From Phoronis australis (taxonomy: Eukaryota; Animalia; Phoronida): DNA of 64,000 bases. The notes below the pieces were generated by a model. That model did no database searches, had not been told where the DNA came from, and was given only the letters and a program-made list of their open reading frames with translations. The position numbers were made by a program, and so were the translations under genes. The number at the start of each line of letters is the position of its first letter. Positions within the stretch are counted from its first letter, which is position 1. Of the stretch, positions 1 to 10,600 are shown one piece after another. The DNA lies in NCBI GenBank assembly GCA_002633005.1, contig NMRA01000603.1, positions 189,089-253,088 on the forward strand, in the 5' to 3' direction.

Positions 1-640
1 AGGGCTCCGGTGGAAGAGGTATGACTAATTTTTACGAACAGTGAGAGTACTTTTTTGTTTTTGGATGGCAACATTCAACCTCAATTTCGGCGACCTCAGA
101 TTTTCTTGGGCGACCTGGGATTTTCTCCAGATAGTTTTTGACGAATTGGTGTTAAGGTAAGCACTGAGCACTGGCATAACTGAATCAGCAGGCCGGAAGA
201 CGAAACCTATTAAACTGGTATTGGTTCAGGAAGGTTTGTTTACCAAAAAGTAGTTGAAGTATTGATTTATAGCAATCAGGGTCTTCATTCACCTGAGGGA
301 ACAGGTTAACTTTCTTCTTAGAAGAGAATTTTTGTCTGTGAGAGATACAAGTGATTTAAGCCACGACAGAAATTTCTTAATCCTTTGACGAAATGCTTGC
401 ACCCGCGTGATACATCAATTTCTTTGAAAGAGAAGGAGGGTAAATGTTCGGCCCCGAAATCAAGTGATCGAAGGCCCTAGCTATGTCAAGAGACTTGGCT
501 TGAACCTACAGCATTAAGTACATACTGGACATACATAGTAGATCAGATACCATTCATCCATTAAAGGTCCAGCAAGCCAGGGTGTGAAGTCACATGGCAA
601 AATAAAAATGTAATAAGGTAGCACTGAAACTACCACTAAC

Positions 641-3600
641 CCTTCTTTTCCTGTCTTCAGCCTCTTTGAGAATCTCTTCTTTGAATGGGAACTTGTTGGG
701 CACGCCCGGGTCTTTCTTTTTTCCTTTCTTGGGATTGACCTTGCTCTCCTTTTTAATTTTTCTATTGTGTTCTCTCACCTGGAAAAGGAGAATAACAAGT
801 AATAATAAAATGGTGCCAAGCTCCAACAAGTAAAATTTTAAAGTCAATGTCTGGTCACAGAACCTGACCATTTCTATTGAAGTGACAACCATCTAAATTC
901 TAATCAAAACAAGCTATGCTGCACTTCGAAACTTTAAATTTTATGAAGATAATTTTTTATCAGTCTTGCAAATAATTGAATTTTGTTCAAAAAGCACTAA
1001 TTAATGCAAGACAGTGGCTATCATGCCACTGACCCAATACAAGTTATGGCAGCATTAACGGCCTGGAAACCAATAAACACCAATGAGCAGTACGAACCTT
1101 CTTTTCTATTTTAGCCCTCTTTCGTGTGTTGAGCCTTTTGCTCTTTTTCTCTACAAATCAGAGAAAAAAACATGAATTGATGTACAGACAAAATCATCAC
1201 ACATCTTTTAACAAAATATATTGACACCGGAATTACATCTTACTGTATCTAGGAACTGTCTAGACAGTGACCACCATCTCTAGCTGGCTCAATAGAGACA
1301 GTGTAGCTCATATAGGCACTTGATACACCAGAAGCTTTTCAGCGAATTATTCCTCACACCGTCTAAAGCATAAGAGTCACGTTGTTATAAATACTTTATG
1401 CGCATAGACAGACACCTAAGAAGGCCGTCGATGACCAATTCCTTCCAACTCGAACAAATACTCCCATTATCAAACTTCGAGCAGTCCCTCGTTCAGTTGC
1501 CAAAATCGCAAACTGGCCATTTTTACACTGCGCACAGCAAGTGGTATGACATCATATCCCCTGGCGTGCACAGTGTAAAAATGGCCACTTATTGATTTTG
1601 GCAACTGAACGAGGGACTGCTCCAAGAAAAAGTTAATAATGCAGTGTTCTCCACATCTGAAGATTTAAACAGGTCGCATGCGTAAAAACTGCAACGTAAC
1701 GCAACTGCGTGGCGGTCAACGTTCTCCATAAGCTAGTGTGCACATTATTTTTACCCACGCATTTTAATAGTAATGCACAGTAGTGCAACCAAATAACTGT
1801 GTTTATTCAACTTTCTATTCATTTGTATTACTGATGTCTGCTGTTGTCGACAAAAATTCGGTTCGTACTGTTCGTGACACGGATATTTGCAATTTGTTGA
1901 CCGAGCCCGGTAATATCACCACCATCCGGTCCTGGATTATCTGTCATATCTGCATCTTAGTCAACGTCAGTATCTGAAACATCTCTCAGTTTTTAAAATA
2001 ATCCTTAGACTTAGCGGTCCTTCACCTTCCCGCGGCAGACAACATTTCTAAGAATGTGCATGTCAATCGCTAACAGAAGCCAGGATAGAATTCACTAATG
2101 TTAGGACCACGCGAGGTAAACGCGAGATATTACCGTGTGACTTCAATGAGAGCACGTTATTTTCAGCGCAAGACATATATTTTGAACTTTACTCATTGAC
2201 ATCATCCGCTGTCCCAAATCTCGAATACTCCCCCAAAATCGCAAATGTCACGCACGGCCACTGAAGTTGAGTTTGCGAATGCTTGGCAGATTTTTAGAGG
2301 GAGTATGCGCCACAGGTGTAATGTTCATGCTGCCTACGAAACTCCTTATAAGGTAAGGAGATGACCTCGGTCAATCTCAATGGTCTGTGGCACCAAAAGT
2401 AACCAATAATATTCATCTACGTGGGAAATACATAAACAACAACCAATGAGAACCATCAAAAACAGTTTCATGCAAATGTTTGTTGAGACTGGTAGCGGTA
2501 AAGTCTGTGTCGTGTGGCCCACCCAATATTGAAAAATGTGCTACGAAAACCAAAATTCTGGCCTCCCAGAAGACGGCCATAGTCTAAACTGCTGCACAGC
2601 GGTGTCTTTACCGACAACATATACTTCGCTGACAACATATACTTCGCAGAACTAACCACCAAGTCTTAATTATTTTCAATCCGTAATATGACCAGTTGTC
2701 CATGGAACACAAAAAGGTGACTTCAATAGGCCTAGTGGAGGCCTAACAATCAGCGACTTTTGTGCTGGACTGCACCTCCAGTGAGCAGGTAGTGGATTAG
2801 GCTTATAGGTACCACTGACACTGGGCCTTTGTTTAAATTCAATTGACTAAAACTAGTTGTTCAAGATGAATTAAATAGATAATTGAGAGATTATTTACAC
2901 GCCATGTTACACCATAAATAGACTAGCAGCCGGGTCTGCAGCTCGAGTGAAACCGGTGAATAGGCTGTCCACAACTGACCACTTGGCCTTTATTCAGTTT
3001 CAATGGGCTATGGCCAGTTGCTGCCAAGCGTGATTTGAACCAGTGAAGACCTGTATTTTTAAACTGGTCGCAGGATTTTTAAACAGGAAGCGGGACATTT
3101 AAACAGGCCGTGCGTTCAGCCAAACAGGACGCTGCGACACGTTAAAAGTGGTCGTGGAGAACACTGTATGGGAGTATTTGTTCAAGTTAGAAGGAATTAA
3201 AGGCTATCGGCTGCCTGCTAAGGTGCCCCTCTATGTGCATAAGGTATTTATAACAATGCGACTTTGATGTTTTAGTTGGTGTGAGGCACAATTTGCTGAA
3301 AAGCTTCAGATGTATGAAGCGCCTCAGTGGCAGATCTAGGATACCATAAGAGGGGACCCAACATGTTGCCTCGGAGAATTGGAGAAAGCGCGATCGTATA
3401 GACAGGCACCCCGAAAGTTGTGGGGACTGGCGATGTGAGCCTGCTGCTGTTCTCAAAATCTATCGGAGTACTAAAAAAATGGCAACACAATTCCGCTATC
3501 CGACCAATGCCAAACATAACAGTGTAATCTTCAAAACCTCAGTAATACTATAGTCAGCAATAAGTTTATCCAGTAAAAGTACATAGCTTCTTTAACGCGT

Positions 3601-3673
3601 TTACAAAAACACATACTGAACTAGTGAAAAGGACATTTGTAACTAATTACTTACTGAAGAACTGACGAACCAT
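641..3673 (-). CDS. GNL3: Nucleostemin / GNL3-GNL3L family nucleolar GTPase, 5' part (first 3 coding exons; gene continues off the left edge)
   Basis: Exons 3673-3655 (ATG...A|gtaagt), 1150-1098 and 778-641 join in frame with GT-AG sites to give [70 protein letters not shown]. This matches the basic N-terminal domain of the GNL3/Grn1 family (KKVREH.RK...KDPGVPN..PFKE). Invertebrates typically have one gene for GNL3/GNL3L. Confidence 0.93.
1314..3324. mobile_element. Fold-back (long inverted repeat) MITE in GNL3 intron 1, split by a nested insertion
   Basis: The left arm, 1314 to about 1545 (aggcacttgatacaccagaagcttttcagc...), is the approximate reverse complement of about 1560-1641 plus 3167-3324 (...gctgaaaagcttcagatgtatgaagcgcct). 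The core 1479-1622 is a strong palindrome. Confidence 0.85.
1642..3166. mobile_element. Non-autonomous DNA transposon (CAGTG-type TIRs, hAT-like) nested in the fold-back element
   Basis: Perfect 13-bp TIRs cagtgttctccac (1642-1654) and gtggagaacactg (3154-3166), with subterminal aaacagg repeats near both ends. No transposase ORF was recognised. Confidence 0.75.
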
Positions 3674-3930
3674 TGCGACCAACACCACACACGTGAATTT
3701 TTACCGGATGTAGCGGACAGTATAGTGGAGGCTCTATCGTGTCACATTTCGAAAACAAATAACAGTTGAAATGTGCATACAACACACTCTCATTAACATG
3801 TAGGCTTTGTTTTTGTCACAGGAATTTAGGAATTTGCAGTAGTGGTAACTATTTGGTTATTTTTTCTTATTTTTTGAGAAGTACAATATATCATTTCGGA
3901 ATAAATATATTGAGGGAACAACAATGGCGG
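3674..3930. promoter_or_regulatory. Bidirectional GNL3/PBRM1 promoter region
   Basis: About 250 bp separate the GNL3 ATG (3673, minus) from the putative PBRM1 non-coding exon. The region holds an E-box CACGTG (3690-3695), an ETS-type ACCGGATGT (3703-3711) and a YY1-type CAATGGCGGC (3922-3931). Confidence 0.65.
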
Positions 3931-3997
3931 CCAGAGCTTGAGGTTTTTCTCTGTTCCCATTGTCCATTTAAACGACGGTATTCGCTCAGTTTTCTGA
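3920..3997 (+). other. PBRM1: Putative non-coding first exon (5'UTR) of PBRM1
   Basis: A YY1-like motif lies near the presumed TSS, a consensus donor gtaagt is at 3998, and an acceptor ttttccttcag ends at 4601, upstream of the ATG at 4665. The start coordinate is approximate. Confidence 0.5.
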
Positions 3998-4664
3998 GTA
4001 AGTATGAAGTAAATTTCTTGAAATTAACATGCTTCATATATAAATGCTTTGTAGCAGTGTAGAAACTCTATGCATGGTCCATACATCTCTACAATGTACT
4101 GTAAATTTGCCGCCGGCGTCTTCGCCTTCGGTCAAGTTCCGATTCATTTACTCGTCTTTGTTTTCAACATGTTTGACATTGTTCAGCTCCGTTCAAGATC
4201 AGCTTGCCTCCCAGGTTATTGTGTACTTTTTAGATGTCATCAGATGAGGCACGATTCATCATATATGTAATTGCTTTGCAAATTGTAAACCATGAATATT
4301 CCAAGACGGCAACAATGGGAACCGATACTGTTATTGTTTAGTGATGACGATGATCATGTCACTGCTGTTTATGGTTCATGTATAATGTGCCCCATCACAC
4401 CATAATGACATAATGAATGCTGAAAATACTCTGGTGGCTTTCGTACTGTGAGCCCACACTTTACCCTATGCGCCCTTAGAACATGCTAGTGTATGTCTTT
4501 GGATCACTCTGGCTAAAATACGATTTTGACTGAAACATTGAGACCGTTTTTTGGATCCAGAGTAAGTAGACTAGTCTCAAAGAATTAGATTTTTCCTTCA
4601 GCTAAGCTGTAGGACATTTGGTGTCACCCTTTAATTGTGATCTCATTAGAGTTGCTGAATCAAC

Positions 4665-7600
4665 ATGCCAAAGCGCCGCCGTGGCTCACAGACAACTGAC
4701 AAGAGCGAGGAGTCAGAGCAGTTGTCTCCAGTGCCTGGTGGTATTGGGAAAAAGAGAAAGAAATCTCATCAGTATAATCCGGTAAGGCACTGGAATAAAG
4801 CATGATAACAGATCAGTAATATTATGTGAGACCTCTTCTAAATCCAACATTCAAAGATCAATTTTTCTGTGTGGTTTCTAAGTTTGGAGCCCTGGTTTAA
4901 ACACAACTGGTTCTGTGGTTTCCAGCCCTCAACCCAATGGCTATCCTTGAATTTAACACTTCGATCAAAGATCGAATTTTGTGGCCTTCCTGGAAAACAC
5001 CATGGCTAAACATATACATTTAAGAACTGTGTTGTGAATGGTCAGCTTTGGTCACATGACTAGTAGGCTTGAAAGTACATATATATGATCTCCGCTCACA
5101 CCGTTTATAAAAAAATGTTGACCATTTTATTTAATGGCAGCTGCTTTTTGTATTTGCAGGTCTGGCCACAAAGTCCGATGTTTGTCATAACTAAACACTT
5201 AGAGCCCACTCACTGGATGCAGTTCTTTGATTTCATTATTGCGCTCCCATTCAATTTTTCTCTATGTGCTCTGTGTCCAGTTATTCTGCACTTGAGCTGG
5301 TCCTAACCTTACTGTACACTTAATTGGGAAGCCGGAGGTTCAAAACCCGAGAACTTTTTGTTTTGACTTCTTAATGAGATCGCGTAGTAATAAACTCACT
5401 TATAAAGACTGTCAGGAAACGGGCTCTCTATAAATCCCCTGATGTTCCAACCACCTCTGGTTTCATAAAATATCAGAAATCTTGATTAAAAGTAAATGTT
5501 GTAACTGAAATTTGACTGTTTTATCATCATGTACAGCTTTTGCTACACTTGTATTCTTTTTATCATGAGAGTTTTTGAACTGCAAATCAACATCACTTAT
5601 TGCTAACTTCCTATCTGTATGTTATGAAAGTTATACGCAACTCTCTTCTCAGGCTGAAATCTGTCAGGAGCTGTACGACACTATCAGAAACTTCAAAAAT
5701 GACGATGGACGACTGCTCTGTGAAACTTTTATCAGAGTTCCAAAAAGGAGGTTGGTTCCTGTTGTTTTTTTACTTGGACATTGTAACAATACCACAACCG
5801 ACAGAGGGCTGGGATTGTCAGATAGTAAGCCCCAGGGCAGAAAGCAGCACATTTTTCACCTTTTTGGTAACTGAAAAGTAAGCTGTGACTCTATAGAATA
5901 GCAGTGTTGGGCCCAGACTACATTATTGCATCGTTACTTGATCAGGTGTAAAAAATAAAAATAAAATATTACAATCAGTTTCATTTATTTATGTATTTCG
6001 GTTAACAGTATCTCCAGATTAGCTTCAATGAACACAAATATGCACTGTATATCATCCGGTGCTAGGCTGTTTTGACTGATCCTGAAAGATTGAATTGGTC
6101 CCCTGAATTTTTTTAAAGTGTTTCCATTGGACCCTAGTGTTTGGAAGTATGGGATGAACAATGAATAGATAGTTGTTCATCACAATGTGCCAAAGGTTAG
6201 ACAAATCAGGTTTTACCATACTTTTATGCTATTTGCAGGTCGGCGGCAGACTACTACGATGTTGTAAGCACACCTATTGACATGTTGAAGATACAGCAGA
6301 AGTTGAAGACAGATGAATACGAAGAGATCGAGCATTTGACCACCGATGTACAACTACTGGTGAACAACGCAAAAGCCTATTACAAAGTAGGTTTGTTAAC
6401 AATCCAGTTGTCTTTTGTCAGAGTTGCCCTACATTTCTGCAAGATTAATTCCGTGCGAAGAATGCGATTCATTGCTTTCCGATTTTAGAGAGCAGTGCTT
6501 ACATTTTCCAATTGCCAAAATGCGATACACAAACCGACCAGTTAAAAGCAACATGACTCATGTATTTCTATATCCATTTCTCCTTTAAGAGTTTTCATCC
6601 TTGTTTTTCAAATCTCTCAACGTTGGTGTGGTGTCATTTTTAGTATAAGAGTCCATGCTCACACTATTGATGTTCTGTTAAGTCTGTACAAAAGTCTGCA
6701 ACAAATCAATGATTGTTAAAGTTGCCATTTCTCGATCATTCAAAAGCTTACTGCATTGGCACATTGGTCTCATTTTTGCCAGTGATTGTTTACTGAAAGC
6801 TGCACTATACAATGAATGCTGTGCACAAAATAAACGTCCAGGCCTTAGAATTTATTTTTGTTGAGAAATTAAACACAAAATTACAAAATTCCTCTTCTCA
6901 CCTCCATCGTATTGTGTAATAAAATGAACATTTTTCAGGGCTTGGAATTTTCCGCGGAAACGCGGATTTCCGCTTTTTTCAAATGTGCTTTCCGCTTTTT
7001 TTATAATATTTCCGCGTAAAAAAATCGGATTTGATATAAAATTTCCGCGGCAAATTCCTTTCTTACCGCGGCGTTGCAGACGACGTTCACCTCGAAAAGC
7101 GGAAGTTGCTCTTTATGTTTCGGAGGAACGTAAATTGTCAACATTGCCGGGGCATCTGGGACAGCGTGGTGGGATTTTCAATGGCGTCTCGTNGTTTTTT
7201 TTTTTTTTTAAGTCCTCCCGATTTTTGTCGGGGAAAGGTTCACATTGACCATTTCAAGGCTGGTTATCGGTTTGGGCCGTAAAAGTTTCAAAGTTTCCGC
7301 GTTTTTTGTCATTGGTCATTCCAACCCCTGATTTTTACACTCCCAGTTGTTTGCAGACCAGCATGCTCTGGTCAGAAATGTTTGCCAAGGAAACTAGATG
7401 TTCATGGCAATAAATTGAATAGTAAGATCAAGCTGAATGATTATGTAATATGTAGTTGTTCCGGTGTGCACTCACGAGTTGCCCACTTTTCAGACCAATG
7501 TGTGTTCAGAAACTTGAATCCCAGGCACCCAAGCTCATTAACTTGTAATGAACTTGTTTTCTTGGACATAATTAAGATAATGATCATACTACTTCAGTTC

Positions 7601-10600
7601 TCTGTTGTCAACTTTTTTATTTTCTGTTAGTATTTGTATAATTTTCTTCCTGATTTAATGCATCTCCTTGTATTTTTATGGTTTTTGTTTAGTATTTATT
7701 TTTCGTAATTATTACATTGTCGTGAGGATTTTATTAAGCACCTGACAGATTAGTTCTTTTTAAATGGAATATTATGATATGGGTCACCTGGAATAAAAAT
7801 CTTTTGAGTTATAAAATACTTGAAGGACATGACTTTAAATTTAAAAATACATGAAACTGTTATAAAAGCCTCAAAGCATCAATATTTTTGAACAACCTCG
7901 GACACTGCCGACGTGTCAGTAGGGTTTTGTTTTTAAGCTGAAAAATAGTTCTGATTCTGGCCAAAATGTGGTGTAATTATAGTACTCTTATTTTTGAGGG
8001 TAGATAATTGCATTTCAGGATGACAGCCAAGAATACAGTGATGCCTGTGATCTATGGGACTTGTATTCTGACACTAAACAGGAGTTGATCGACGCTGTGT
8101 TTGGCGAGACATCTGAGTTTGGTCGCGAGCGATCGGTAGAACCAGTCGAGGATGAGGTGGTAGAAGAACTCGAGGTATGTGAACTGGAAGCACCTCATTT
8201 TGAGTTTCTAGTTTAAGTTCCTCGTTTTAACGAGCTTTTGCTCCCTTGCCCCATGACAGAGTCTGTTTCCAGTTTTCCATGAAGACATATTATGTTTCCT
8301 GTTGAAACTGGTTTGGAACTAAATATAGAAAAATTAAAGAGCAGCCAAGGCCCATTCAGGTGATCTTTGTTGTTATTGTTACAGGGTGAATTTCTTTTCT
8401 AGTAGTTGTGTATACTTTAGCATACTCATTATGAGCTTAGCTTAATTAGTGCTACACAGCCATCAGGATTATTATATAATTATTGTTCTTAATATGAAAT
8501 GATGGAAGATGGTGTTTGCACTCCTTATACAAATTTGGGATCAAAAGAGTTCCAAAAGTGTCCCTCCCTGGTAGATTGCACAAGTGTGTTATGATGAAGA
8601 TTTCTCTCATGAAATATAAATGTTTTCAAGATATGCATTTCATTTCCTCACACGTTTGTACATTTTGTTGCCAAGGAGACTTCTCAGCCACCTGTCGAGA
8701 CTGAAGACAGCTTGGAGCCCGGAGAAGTCAGACTTCCTAGTTTATCAGTGAAGATCCCTCTGACCCCGGCGGTGACCTTGCAGCCTTCTGCAGCATTGGC
8801 AGGTCAACTGCAGCAGCTACTGGACAAAGTGTCGGAGGCAGAGTCTGGGGGCAGGAACATCAGCGAGTTCTTCAAAGTCCTTCCGTCGCGAGAGGTGACC
8901 TGATTTTCATTGCAGTTTCAGATTATGGGAAATATTGCAAAGAAAAGCCAAGGAATTGCTGTCAAAAATTTGCTAATAAAATATCCAAATTTTCCAGGGG
9001 CTTGTGCAACAATAAGTTCTTTCTGTTCTGGCCTAGTTGCTTTCCATGACAGCTGTGTTATTTTTACATCTCAGTTCTTGAAGTTGTTCCATCAACAATT
9101 AAAGAAAGTTCCCATTGCCTTAAGTTATTTTACTAACTTTAAAATGGGAAATCGCCATCTTGCCCAGTACATGTAACTGATTTGCCAAGTACAACTGGGC
9201 GTAATATATGTGGAGCTACTGCAGGCTCACATACACAATGGGACCCCTTTATAACAATCTCATGCCATTTGTCTATTTTCCTTTTGATGGTGAAATGCAT
9301 TACAGTATCTTATTCAAGATGAGAATCGGATTTTTGTCCCTCTTCCCTGGGCGTCATGGTCCTAACACCGGGAATTCGCCTGAGGCTTGTAAGCCCTTAC
9401 GTTGGTTTTCCACGTATGGTTGTATAGCACATGTCATGACGGGCCGGACAAAAATTCGTGGATTGTGCTACATTTATTTTACATCATTATTCAACATGAT
9501 GAGGATTTCGTCCCATCTTCTAAGTTGGAAAAATGGTTTAATACAGGGAAATGTTTGAGGCATAATTTAGTGGGGCTTTAATTGCATTTCCTCAGTCTTC
9601 TAGCTTCAAAAATGAATTTTGCTTCTTATGCGCTTAAAATCTGTCTCATAATATTCCTTACCATGATAGGACTCAATTTGTGTTACCAACAGGAACATAG
9701 TTGGTGACTAAAGGAAATGCTTGTAAAGTTCCCTGGAGTTGGTCAACCTTAAATTGCAATTTTTGAAAGTGGCACATGTCTGCATTGCCTGTGATTTGAG
9801 TTGGCAGCTCATTCAGCAACAATTCGAAATCAAATGAGCATGGTTATGTTTTTGAGCCCCATAGTGCTTGGGTTGATATTTAAATTCTGATAGTTAAATA
9901 GTCCGTGACAAAATTCCTTTTAAATATGAATTTTCATGATTTTCATGTTTGGTCCCTAAGTAAAAACCATGCCAGTTTATCTTGCTGCTACATCGCCGTC
10001 TTACATTCCAGATGTACCCCGACTACTACTCAGTAATAAAGGACCCTCTGGATTTAACCATAGTCAGTGGAAAGGTCAAAGCTGGTCACTACCTGTCGCT
10101 TGACCAACTGGAGAAAGACCTGCTTTTGATTGCGAAGAATGCCAGACACTATAACGAGCCAGGCTCTCAGATTTATAAGGTATGACCGGTGTCAAACCAT
10201 AAATAGTCTGAGTTCATGACCAAACAGAGCGCTGAATGCTTGACCATTGTTGAAGTGGGTGTAACTAGAGCTAGAGGATTTGTGGTAATGGGAAAATTCC
10301 TCCATTAGAAAGCTTTGTCTCAGTTTCCTCTAAGGTAAATAGTGACACGCAATGTTACATTAAAAGTTTCAAACTTTTTTCTGCATTCCTGTTGTATTTT
10401 GTTGTATTAACGATGTGTTTTAGGATGCCGGCGCCTTGAAGAAAATCATCAGCTCGGCAAAGGGCGAAGTTGAACATGGGGCTGGCACATCCAAGTCTAC
10501 AGAAAAGGGAAGGTTAGTAGTATTTATTTTGCAACCACATGATAGCCATGGCATTAGTGAATATTTGAGTTCTTGTGTTTCCATGTGGCGCAATTTCCTG

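Noticed and set aside
1157-1200. C box (GTGATGA) and D box (CTGA) on the minus strand
   Set aside because: Only about 45 nt long and overlapping the polypyrimidine tract and acceptor of GNL3 exon 2.
1270-1360. GTGAGGA...CTGA boxes on the minus strand resembling a SNORD19-type C/D snoRNA in GNL3 intron 1
   Set aside because: The boxes lie in the left arm of the fold-back transposon (mirrored at 3270-3324), and no rRNA-complementary guide was recognised.
4335-4429. GTGATGA...CTGA pair about 80 nt apart in PBRM1 intron 1
   Set aside because: ATG-rich low-complexity context, weak terminal stem, no recognisable rRNA or snRNA guide, and PBRM1 is not a typical snoRNA host.
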